Below are positions 19,103 to 28,214 of a stretch of 64,000 nt of DNA, piece after piece. Below the pieces are notes generated by a model. That model was not told where the DNA came from. It searched no databases and saw only the letters and a program-made list of their open reading frames with translations. The stretch's first letter is position 1, and every line of letters begins with the position of its first letter. The position numbers were made by a program, and so were the translations under genes. Origin of the DNA: Candidatus Woesearchaeota archaeon (GTDB lineage: Archaea; Nanobdellota; Nanobdellia; Woesearchaeales; UBA9642); assembly GCA_038884715.1 (NCBI GenBank), contig JAWABG010000001.1, positions 38,287 through 102,286 on the forward strand, read 5' to 3'.

Positions 19103-19246
19103 TTATCCAAACAAGTCAAACATTCTTGAAATTCCACCGCTCAGTCTTCCAACAATAAATAATATTATTGCTAAAACAGCTATTGCTATCAGTATCCAGG
19201 CAAGTGGATTATCGAGCATTGATTTTTTTTGTTCAATTATTTTCAT
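19103..19246 (-). CDS. 47-aa mini-pilin, not in ORF track
   Basis: Hand translation: MKIIEQKKS|MLDNPLAWILIAIAVLAIILFIVGRLSGGISRMFDLFG*. GC-richer than the flanking spacers and co-oriented with the array. Confidence 0.75.
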   Translation of the reverse strand: MKIIEQKKSMLDNPLAWILIAIAVLAIILFIVGRLSGGISRMFDLFG

Positions 19247-19582
19247 TTTTTTATTATTATACAATAATAATTTAATTATTATATACTCAAGGTATGCATA
19301 TATAATTTATATTATATAATTATTTATATAATTCGTGTTGTATAGTAAATAGTATAAATAGTATATAAAATAATAAAATAGTATAAAATTTATAATAATA
19401 TATTATTATAATAGGAATATATTATAATAAGATGTATTATAATAAGATTTAATACGGCTATATGATTATAACTAAATATTTATTAAAGTTTGTCTTTTTT
19501 ATCTATGTTGTGCTAATAATTTTACAATATTATTATAATACTAATCATATAATATTAATATTTTTTTTATAACCTGTTGTGG

Positions 19583-20536
19583 TCAGACTTTTTCTTTTTG
19601 TGTCGCAATATATTCACAACCAAGATCCTTAATATTTTGAGTATTATATTCAACAATAAATAATCCTGACGCCCACTCTGCATCTGTTGTCTCGAAAATA
19701 GCATCATAGGCAAGTTTTATTCCACTAATTACTACAACAGCGGCACCCCCAATTACCGCAACAGGAAGCCCGACTCCGGAAGCAACAGCAAGTAATAAAA
19801 AGCCCCCCACAACACCAGCCCCAGTTCCTGCAAGAAAAAAACCAAGCCTACTTTTATCTAAGGTGTTTGTATAAAACCTGCTTAGAGATTCTGAACCTTT
19901 AGCATAAACAAAGATAACACCATAATCGTTATTTGTATTTAATGTATCTAATTTTTTTGCTTCAACAGTAATAGGATGGTCTGCGAGATATCTTTGGGAT
20001 TGTGGAGTACTATAACCCGCAAAATAATCAGAAAATGTTATTTTTTTGTTTGGCATATTTACATTTGCCAGATATTCCGTAAATCCTTCTATTGTTTTAT
20101 TCTTTTCCTTAAATGTTATAAATGAACAGACATGACAAAATGTTCCATCCTTTTCCTTGAACATTTCTGGTTTTCCCTCAAGCCATATATTCCAGCAGCG
20201 CCTCATTTCATTTGCTATTTTTGACTTAATATTAAGCTGGGAATTATCATTAATTTTGACAATATTTGTTGGACAATTAATCTTTACAACAAAATCATTT
20301 GCAATTGCTAAATAATTATTACTCATTCCAATCAGCAATGCCTCTTTTGTAACAGCATCCTTACATCTTTGCTCTTCTTCTATAACTTTTTGCTTATCAT
20401 ATATTTTTTTAATAAAAAATCCACCAATTATAAGCATTAATACTGCAAGAATTATTATCACTATAAACATCATTCCATGACCGGAATCATCCTCTCCAGT
20501 ATCTTGAGCCTTCTTATTAAGTTTTTTGAATATCAT
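19583..20536 (-). CDS. Pilin-like protein with CW...CxxC domain and internal Gly-rich hydrophobic hairpin
   Basis: LNKKA|QDTGEDDSGHGMMFIVIII. IANEMRRCWNIWLEGK...FCHVC. LGFFLAGTGAGVVGGFLLLAVASGVGLPVAVIGGAAVVVISG. Confidence 0.75.
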   Translation of the reverse strand: MIFKKLNKKAQDTGEDDSGHGMMFIVIIILAVLMLIIGGFFIKKIYDKQKVIEEEQRCKDAVTKEALLIGMSNNYLAIANDFVVKINCPTNIVKINDNSQLNIKSKIANEMRRCWNIWLEGKPEMFKEKDGTFCHVCSFITFKEKNKTIEGFTEYLANVNMPNKKITFSDYFAGYSTPQSQRYLADHPITVEAKKLDTLNTNNDYGVIFVYAKGSESLSRFYTNTLDKSRLGFFLAGTGAGVVGGFLLLAVASGVGLPVAVIGGAAVVVISGIKLAYDAIFETTDAEWASGLFIVEYNTQNIKDLGCEYIATQKEKV

Positions 20537-20567
20537 TTTAAATTTTTTGGATATTTCTCTTTTTAAT

Positions 20568-21497
20568 TTATATTAATTTTGAGCATTGATTTTTCAATTC
20601 AGATGTAGGAATAATATAAGCAAAATAAGAACTCAGATGTTTTTCAGCACCCTCTCTTACAAAGTAAATAACATAGGTTTGCATTTTATCAAATTCAATA
20701 TTTCTGTACTGTGCCATGCTTGGATGCTTTGCCCTATTATTAACGATTTCATCCCAGAGCAATCCAATACTAGGTTGTACAACAAAAAATGATATGGCAA
20801 CAGGATCGCTGGCGGGTATATTTAAATAATTTGAATCCATATAATTCTCAAAACAGCTTGGATTATTTGAATAGAAAAAACAAATGGTGTCATCTGACCC
20901 GGGGTATTTGTTTGTAATATATTCATAATATGTAATATCACTATTCGCCATCTTATTTTCTTTCAAATAATTATAGAATCCTGAAAATGAATTCTGAGAT
21001 ACATCTTTATTAAAAGAAATTTGGTCGCAGATAAAGCAAAGCTTCTCATTTTTGCCTAAATCATAATATTGGTCATTCAAAATTTCTAGTTTTCCTTCAT
21101 AGAACTGATACCAGCATCTCTTCAGTTCCTCAGCTAAAAAGGCATTTACGTGCTCGTCTGTTAAAGAAGAGAACGAACGTATTTGCGCCCCCCTATAATA
21201 AAATGAAACCTTATCTCCGTTTACTTCAACTTTTGTATTATAGAATTTAACATTCATCGTATTGCATTCAATTGTAAATGGAGAATCAACTTTCAATGGT
21301 CCTAACTTAAATTTGGTAACTGCTTGAGTATATACACTTGTCTTACATACCTCTCTGTTCTTATAACTATTAAGATTGGTAGTACATTTATTAAGCAATA
21401 AAAGCATTACTGCAAGACCTACTATTATTATAATCAGCGAAACAGTAAACATACTTATTCCTTTTTTGTTTTTTTTCAATAGATTTTCAGATTTCAT
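20568..21497 (-). CDS. Pilin-like protein, paralog of 19583-20536
   Basis: KNKKG|ISMFTVSLIIIIVGL. LAEELKRCWYQFYEGK...LCFIC aligns by eye with its neighbour. Confidence 0.75.
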   Translation of the reverse strand: MKSENLLKKNKKGISMFTVSLIIIIVGLAVMLLLLNKCTTNLNSYKNREVCKTSVYTQAVTKFKLGPLKVDSPFTIECNTMNVKFYNTKVEVNGDKVSFYYRGAQIRSFSSLTDEHVNAFLAEELKRCWYQFYEGKLEILNDQYYDLGKNEKLCFICDQISFNKDVSQNSFSGFYNYLKENKMANSDITYYEYITNKYPGSDDTICFFYSNNPSCFENYMDSNYLNIPASDPVAISFFVVQPSIGLLWDEIVNNRAKHPSMAQYRNIEFDKMQTYVIYFVREGAEKHLSSYFAYIIPTSELKNQCSKLI

Positions 21498-21604
21498 TTA
21501 AGAAAACTCCTCACTATTCTTAAACAAATAAATATGAATATGATTGCTCCAAGTATTGCAAGTATTATTTTTATTGTTTTTTCTGTCAAGGCTTTTTTAT
21601 TCAT
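21494..21604 (-). CDS. 36-aa mini-pilin, not in ORF track
   Basis: Hand translation: MNKKA|LTEKTIKIILAILGAIIFIFICLRIVRSFLK*. The stop overlaps the next start (ATGA at 21497-21494). Confidence 0.75.
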   Translation of the reverse strand: MNKKALTEKTIKIILAILGAIIFIFICLRIVRSFLK

Positions 21605-21726
21605 CTTTGTATTAGTTATTTTTTTATATTTAATGTTTGTATTAGTTTCTTATTTTTAATAACTTATTTTAACAATACTTAAAATATATGTTATATATTA
21701 TTAAATTATAGTTTATTTAAAACTTC

Positions 21727-22218
21727 TTATTTGCATATTGCCAGTTCAATCCTCGTACTAATCCCCCCACCTATAGGAATTGGCTGGTTCGAAGTAATTC
21801 CCTGAATACTTGTTCTATTGCATTTATATGAATATGTATAATGTGGGTTTTCAATATTAATCCTATATTTGGTATTCCAAACTAAAAAAGTTTTATTTAG
21901 GATTAGTTCAATGGTTTTATTAATTTGTTGACATGAAGTAAAACCATTACAAATAATTCTTTTTTCCTTATTGCAGTCTACAATAAATTCCTGTATGGAA
22001 TAAGGAATACCTCCACAATCTATCTGTGTATCAAGCAACGCAAGTAAATAAGATTGAGCAAGTTTATCATCAATGTAATTTTTTGGTGTATGTTTAGGTA
22101 TGTGACTTGAGAGTGTAAAAAAGAGATAAGTTCCTATGGCTACAAGCACAACAATTATTGCTAAACCCATAATTTCAATTTGGGATTTTTTGAATTTTTT
22201 TTTAGGATTTCTTTTCAT
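21727..22218 (-). CDS. Type IV pilin-like protein
   Basis: KKFKKS|QIEIMGLAIIVVLVAIGTYLFF, then a Cys-containing globular domain. Confidence 0.8.
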   Translation of the reverse strand: MKRNPKKKFKKSQIEIMGLAIIVVLVAIGTYLFFTLSSHIPKHTPKNYIDDKLAQSYLLALLDTQIDCGGIPYSIQEFIVDCNKEKRIICNGFTSCQQINKTIELILNKTFLVWNTKYRINIENPHYTYSYKCNRTSIQGITSNQPIPIGGGISTRIELAICK

Positions 22219-22233
22219 ATTAAGTTTAATTAT

Positions 22234-22731
22234 TTAGGCATATCTCTCAACTTTTAATATTGCAAAGCCTCTTGTATTAGTAATGGGATTGTAGAGGTTT
22301 ATTGGTATAAACACTGGATTTTTTAAGACATATTCCTCGGGAATATTTTCATATAAAACAATTTCTTCATTTTCAAAAAACGTTGATGAGTTAGGCAAAA
22401 CTTGTATTATAGATATGTACGCATTACCAAAAAAAGAGGAATAAAAAAATCTTGAATCAGACGATTCCATTAAATTAATAAAGGCAATAACCTTAAGAAT
22501 ATCAATGCAACTGATTTTATTATTTGTGCAATGAATCTCTGGTAAAGAAGAAACTATATTTGCCAACTTTAGTGTGTTTATCTCGCTAGCTTGTTGAATT
22601 TCCTCATTATATTTGTTTCTGTTATACGATGAGTATATTGCAATACCAATAATTATCATTATCAAAATTATTATCACAACTCCCACTGATTCGGCCATCT
22701 GAACCTGTGATTTCTTTCTAAACTCTTGAAT
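22234..22731 (-). CDS. Type IV pilin-like protein; start probably non-canonical ATT at 22731 rather than ATG 22698
   Basis: In-frame upstream extension (I)QEFRKKS|QVQMAESVGVVIIILIM supplies the class III leader. SD GAGGTGA at 22744-22738. Confidence 0.7.
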   Translation of the reverse strand: MQEFRKKSQVQMAESVGVVIIILIMIIIGIAIYSSYNRNKYNEEIQQASEINTLKLANIVSSLPEIHCTNNKISCIDILKVIAFINLMESSDSRFFYSSFFGNAYISIIQVLPNSSTFFENEEIVLYENIPEEYVLKNPVFIPINLYNPITNTRGFAILKVERYA

Positions 22732-22806
22732 ATTTATTCACCTCTAATATTATAACTGTTTAATTGTTATAATTAATTTTTATAATTGGTTGATTTCTGT
22801 AATGTT

Positions 22807-23835
22807 TTAGTAAACAGTAGGACAGCTTGCTCTACTCAGATCCTCGTTTTCTTTTTCGAGTCTTTGACTGCTCGAGTATATTGTAGCCGCATTACTTCTA
22901 CTTAATTCATCTGTGCTGTTTTTTATTTGATTAAAATAACTGGGAAAATTAACATAGTATTGTTGACACCTGTTGTTATTAAACTGACTCTCAATTTCGT
23001 TTGCTCTTATCAATAAAATTGTAGCAGTGAATCTTAAACGCTTTAATGCCTTTCTCATCGTACAAACATAATATTCTGTATTTTCTGAAAAAATAGCGCC
23101 ATAAATGGATTCTTTTTTTAAAAAGAATGAAGTCTTTGTTGAAAATCCATCTTTGAACTGAATCGTACCATAACTATTTAAAGGATGTTCAAAAATACTA
23201 GAATCAGGATTAATTATTACTGCAGTTGACTTACTGGGTAAAGAGTCAGGAACAGTTTTATAAAATATTAGCCTACAATTATCATAACTAGAACAAGAAA
23301 ATCCGTTTAAAGAAGAAATAAGTTTTTTCGTCTTGTTAAGTGGAATTGTATTATATAAATCAATGATTTCTGGATCATTACCAACAAAAACAAACTGTGT
23401 TCTATCATCTGCAAGCATAAGAAAAGAACCAGCGAGCATTGGAATATTCCAATTAACAGTCCAAGCATAAATATTACCTTTTAGATTGCTCTTAGAAAAA
23501 ATAATTAAGCTCTCAATTGATTTCTCATATCCTTTTATATTAATTGTCGATATATCATCTCTGTCACACGTCATTACAACAGGTGTTCCATACATCTCAA
23601 TAATCCTAAAGGTTCCTTCACTGTTAACGCTCGACTCTTGTGCTGTTCTTAGAACGTTATCAATATTATGAAGAACAGTAATATCAATCTTCTTAAGACC
23701 GGTGCTTTTAATGCTATTAATTAATACTAGAAGAAAAATAAATATTATTGCTCCTGAAATAAGAACAAATATCCAGTTAAATTGTAATTCTATCGTTCCT
23801 CTTTTTTTGATTCTTTTAATTCTCTTTGCAAGCAT
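22807..23835 (-). CDS. Type IV pilin-like protein
   Basis: RIKKRG|TIELQFNWIFVLISGAIIFIFLL. C-terminal SCPTVY. Confidence 0.8.
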   Translation of the reverse strand: MLAKRIKRIKKRGTIELQFNWIFVLISGAIIFIFLLVLINSIKSTGLKKIDITVLHNIDNVLRTAQESSVNSEGTFRIIEMYGTPVVMTCDRDDISTINIKGYEKSIESLIIFSKSNLKGNIYAWTVNWNIPMLAGSFLMLADDRTQFVFVGNDPEIIDLYNTIPLNKTKKLISSLNGFSCSSYDNCRLIFYKTVPDSLPSKSTAVIINPDSSIFEHPLNSYGTIQFKDGFSTKTSFFLKKESIYGAIFSENTEYYVCTMRKALKRLRFTATILLIRANEIESQFNNNRCQQYYVNFPSYFNQIKNSTDELSRSNAATIYSSSQRLEKENEDLSRASCPTVY

Positions 23836-23914
23836 AAAAATAATTCAATGTTGTGATAATATAAAGTTTTTGGAAAAAAATAAATTTAACATTTAATTAA
23901 TATTGTGAATAAAA

Positions 23915-24406
23915 TTAAGTTGTCTCGGAGACAATTGTTGTCTGACCGTTTCCAGTGAATGTCAATTTAAGACCCCTACCAACACTGATACATAAAAATC
24001 CATTATCAACTTCAAGTTTTTCAGAATACGCAAGAGGCTTTGTTTCCTTGCTTGTTACTAAAAAAATGTTCATTTGAACTCCATCTTCTACACTGTCTTT
24101 AATTATTGGATATTGATTAGGGATAATACCATTAGCACCAATTTTATTTGTACTTACAAAGCAGATTTCTTTTGAATTGCATGGCGCCTGTAAGATTTCT
24201 TTATGAACAGATCCATAATCACTATATATATCAATATATTTATTTATATTGCTAATAAATGATGTTTCTTGAATATTGCACTTTTCTATAGTTATTTTCT
24301 TAAATAGATTGGCTCCGATAAGTGCTAAAAAGCCAACAACAATAATAGCAAAAATATATATAAAAACTTGTCCTACAATTTGGGATTTCTTATAAGGTAT
24401 AATCAT
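23915..24406 (-). CDS. Type IV pilin-like protein
   Basis: YKKS|QIVGQVFIYIFAIIVVGFLALIG. Confidence 0.8.
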   Translation of the reverse strand: MIIPYKKSQIVGQVFIYIFAIIVVGFLALIGANLFKKITIEKCNIQETSFISNINKYIDIYSDYGSVHKEILQAPCNSKEICFVSTNKIGANGIIPNQYPIIKDSVEDGVQMNIFLVTSKETKPLAYSEKLEVDNGFLCISVGRGLKLTFTGNGQTTIVSETT

Positions 24407-24742
24407 ACAGAAATAAATTAAAAATAGTATTTAAAAATCTTTAGTTTTAGTTTTTATTTTGTATTTTCCATAATTTTAAACTATTCTTATTTACTATTTA
24501 TAAATGCATTCTTATTATTTAATAATGTATTATCGTCTTCCTGACTATATCTTCCTAACTATTTGAGTCTTACTAATTTTTACTATATAGTTTAACCTTC
24601 TTCTATTTTGACGTGCTTCTAATCTCATCTGTTTTTTTATTTCAATATGTATTGAACCAAATAAATTAATATATAAAATAATATATAAAAGAAAATAAGC
24701 AATAATAAATAAATAATAAAATAATAAAAATTTAATAAAAAA

Positions 24743-27700
24743 TTATTGTTTTGGTAAAATCTTTAATTCACTTAGTATTTTACTGACTTCTTTTTTTGTC
24801 AGAAGTTTTTTCTCAGCGAGGTCAAAAAGTATGTTCGCCACAGTCTGCTTTGATAATTGATTAGTCTCTAGAAGTCTTGAAAGAACAAATTTAAAAACAT
24901 CAGTATTAACTTGTTTTCTCTCAGTAATATTAGCAAAGATATCCATCATATCTTTTTTAGTAACTTTTTTCTTTTCTACAACTTCTTTAATGCTTGACTT
25001 AGTTTTTCCTGAAATCTCTGCAAGCCTGTCAAAAATTTCTTTATTAGTCATATTATAAATATTTGCTTTATCTTGTTTGTCAATTTCAGCGAGTTTTTCT
25101 GTTTTATAGGAATCAAGTTCTGGTTTTAAATTAATAAGTTCTTTCTTATGGTCAATATCGTTATTATGGTTAAGAACTGCAACAATTTTTGATTTTTCAT
25201 TTTGCTTTTTCAAATTCTTAATTGTACCTAATCTTTGAAAAACATCTTCATTAATATCCTCTTTCTTAACTTCAGTTCCTGTCTCTTTTTCTTCGCGTTT
25301 GGCTAATTTAGTAATATCAATATAGCCATCTTCATCTGTTTCCAACTCTTTTTTATTTGTGCTATTTTTTTCATCCATTATGGGACTTACAGATTTCTTT
25401 AATTTTTCTGTACCATTTTTTGTTTCCATTGACTTTTTATCATCAACACTAGTTAGATTTTTAAGTTCATCAGATCTGAACTTATCAAAAATATTTGATC
25501 TTTCTTTTTTTCTCTGATTTCTCTTTTGTTGCAGTCTCTTTTCAATTATCTGAAGATTTGAGATATCTTGCTCTCTAGTAATTCTTGTTGGATTTCTTCC
25601 TAAAATATTTTGAACTGTAATTGGCTTTCCGGTTTGTTTTGGAACTTGACTCTTAATAAATTTTGTATAAACAATATATCCACAACCACCTATTAGTAGA
25701 GATATACCTACAATTAATAGTATAATTGGCAATATTTTTTCTTTTTCAGGATGACTGTTTGAATCTAAAGGGTCTGTCCCAGAAAGGAATTCTTTTATAT
25801 CAGAAAATCCGTCATTATCAGAATCAGAATTAGGATTAGCACAATCTATACATCTAAAGTATTCATATTCCCACCAGTCAGGAAGGCCGTCATTATCAGA
25901 ATCTATATTTGCATTTCTAACAGGGACGCATTTATTATCTACACAAATAAGATTGGGTTCACAATTAGAATCAAGACCTGCACAACTAACACCCAAACCA
26001 CAAGGATCACAATTACCTCCACAATCAATACCGCTTTCATTGCCATTTACTCTATTATCATCACAACGTGGAGCTTCACAAATCTTTGATACATTACAGT
26101 TATTGCTAATGCAATCTTCATTAAACAAACATTTCTTGCCGTTTGAACATCTTGGACAATTGAATCCTCCACAATCAATATCTGTCTCGTCAATATCAGT
26201 AACTCCGTTAACATTACAATTCTCTCTTGTTTGATTCTGGTTCGTTCTATTTAATTGATTCTGAGATTGATTGCTAACTATAATCCTCAATCTATCTTTA
26301 ATATAGTTATTATTATTATCAGATGCATTCCAACAAATATAACTTGTTGTTGTTAGAGTATCTTCATAACCATACTCTCTTTCCTGAGTAGGCGTACAAT
26401 TGGAACTATTTGATTTTCCAAAATAATAATAATTCTTGCATCCACTAATATAATCCTCACAAGTAATGTTAAATATAGTATAACCAGCATAAGATGTTGT
26501 GAAAACTCTTATTATTGGAGGTTCAGTATCACAAGTTGTACTCATAGTATCAATGACTGAAAATGTTTTTGATGCTACGGATCCTGCACGACCAGACTTG
26601 TCTACGGCAAATGCATTCCAAGAATATATCTGGCCAACTTCAAGATTATTATTTAAAGAAACATGAATAGTTACTCTATTACCTGAACCAGAGTGTGCCC
26701 AGCCAAATATTCTATCATTTCCCTTAGAAATGCTATAGTTAAAATAGTCAATACCGCTTCCGTTTGCAGTATCATTTGATTCAAGTAAAGCTGAGAACTC
26801 GTTTAATGAGCAATAAGTGCTTGACGCAGTGATTGTTGTCGAACCAGGATTCGTGAGATCAATCACAAATGGAAAATAAAGATTCGCTTGACCAAATTGA
26901 TAAGCACAAAAAATATCAACACCGTATCTACCCTCGAGTATGTTAGTAAAATTATGTGTAAATGTCAAATGGTCTTCTGTATTCATATCTGATGTTATGT
27001 TCGCTATGCTACAATAACTTGCAAGCATATTTGTTCTAACGACTAATTGATAATTTGAGGTTTGTGAGTATTGGGGAGAAAGCACTGTAATGGTAAGAGG
27101 AACGCTAAAATTTAATAATTGGGTGTATTGAATACTGCTATATAGACCTGCGAGATTCATACAAGTAATATTATAATTTACGATATAAAAAGGATTGGAT
27201 GAAGGAACTGTATATGATATATTTATTTTGTGTATTCTAACAAAATCTGCTGTTTTATTTTCATGATATGGATTAATATATATTCTTTGGGTTCCATCAT
27301 ATATTGAACAAATTGTCGGATCAGATGTTGTAATTGTGAATTCGGTAAATTTCCTGCTAGGATCAATTATTGGATTGGGTGTTGAAGTTACACTTATTGC
27401 TGATGGAGTTGTATCATATCCGAGCAAGAATTGAAGTGGAGAAAGATGACCTGATCTGTTGCAGATAGCAGTATAAACTTGATAGTCTTCTGGTTGCGTG
27501 ATTAAGTTAAAGCTATGATTGTAATGATTCTGAGATTCTTCTGGAGGTTCAAATCTTAATGGAAGAATTGAATAAAGTTGGTTTAAGTCATTTATGTGTT
27601 TTGGTTTTCTTCCAAATTTACAAGTTGCTATTTCGCTGCTATAAAGTTGTATATCAAATGGATAACTATTAGCAACACCTCTTAATGGCCTTATTAATTG

Positions 27701-28135
27701 CATTGGCATATAGCCTTCAGTATATACATTAAATACAGCTGTTTCCTCAGCAAAATTGGTGTCAATATCTCTTCCACTAATCCAAAAATTATATTCTCCA
27801 TTAAATAAAAAAGTTGTTGTGTTATAAACAATTTTTGTTGTATTTAAAATATGATTTTCACTAAAATCAATCTGAACAACAGAATCAGAGTAATCCATAA
27901 ATTCATCATATAGTCTGTAGTTTATGTTAATAATTGGTCTTTCAGTAAATGTAACATTTATTGTTGGCTTTGAATTGTTGACATCTGTCGGAATAAAGAT
28001 TAATGCAGACACATAAATTAGTATAGAACTGAACAAGTATATTAAGCTTATCATTACTAAAAACAAAACATATATTTTAGTATATGATTTTTCAGTATAT
28101 AACTTGGTTTTTATTTTGTTGTTCTTTGAGCTCAT
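24743..28135 (-). CDS. Giant surface/transmembrane protein: Ig-like repeats, DCGG Cys-rich repeats, TSP3-like Ca-binding repeats, TM helix and ~300-aa charged cytoplasmic tail
   Basis: N-terminal hydrophobic signal. Many N-x-S/T sequons. DETDIDCGG and NESGIDCGG. DSDNDGLPDWWE and DSDNDGFSDIKE. TM ILPIILLIVGISLLIGGCGYIVY. K/E-rich C-terminus. Confidence 0.8.
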   Translation of the reverse strand: MSSKNNKIKTKLYTEKSYTKIYVLFLVMISLIYLFSSILIYVSALIFIPTDVNNSKPTINVTFTERPIININYRLYDEFMDYSDSVVQIDFSENHILNTTKIVYNTTTFLFNGEYNFWISGRDIDTNFAEETAVFNVYTEGYMPMQLIRPLRGVANSYPFDIQLYSSEIATCKFGRKPKHINDLNQLYSILPLRFEPPEESQNHYNHSFNLITQPEDYQVYTAICNRSGHLSPLQFLLGYDTTPSAISVTSTPNPIIDPSRKFTEFTITTSDPTICSIYDGTQRIYINPYHENKTADFVRIHKINISYTVPSSNPFYIVNYNITCMNLAGLYSSIQYTQLLNFSVPLTITVLSPQYSQTSNYQLVVRTNMLASYCSIANITSDMNTEDHLTFTHNFTNILEGRYGVDIFCAYQFGQANLYFPFVIDLTNPGSTTITASSTYCSLNEFSALLESNDTANGSGIDYFNYSISKGNDRIFGWAHSGSGNRVTIHVSLNNNLEVGQIYSWNAFAVDKSGRAGSVASKTFSVIDTMSTTCDTEPPIIRVFTTSYAGYTIFNITCEDYISGCKNYYYFGKSNSSNCTPTQEREYGYEDTLTTTSYICWNASDNNNNYIKDRLRIIVSNQSQNQLNRTNQNQTRENCNVNGVTDIDETDIDCGGFNCPRCSNGKKCLFNEDCISNNCNVSKICEAPRCDDNRVNGNESGIDCGGNCDPCGLGVSCAGLDSNCEPNLICVDNKCVPVRNANIDSDNDGLPDWWEYEYFRCIDCANPNSDSDNDGFSDIKEFLSGTDPLDSNSHPEKEKILPIILLIVGISLLIGGCGYIVYTKFIKSQVPKQTGKPITVQNILGRNPTRITREQDISNLQIIEKRLQQKRNQRKKERSNIFDKFRSDELKNLTSVDDKKSMETKNGTEKLKKSVSPIMDEKNSTNKKELETDEDGYIDITKLAKREEKETGTEVKKEDINEDVFQRLGTIKNLKKQNEKSKIVAVLNHNNDIDHKKELINLKPELDSYKTEKLAEIDKQDKANIYNMTNKEIFDRLAEISGKTKSSIKEVVEKKKVTKKDMMDIFANITERKQVNTDVFKFVLSRLLETNQLSKQTVANILFDLAEKKLLTKKEVSKILSELKILPKQ

Positions 28136-28214
28136 TAACCCACCACTTTTTTAAAAATTACCTTTTTCAAAAATTAGTTTTGTTGTATTTAATGTTGAAC
28201 TTTTCAATTCAGGA

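Noticed and set aside
24545..24628. 27-aa basic ORF (MRLEARQNRRRLNYIVKISKTQIVRKI) on the minus strand
   Set aside because: No SD, hydrophobic segment or motif. Indistinguishable from chance.
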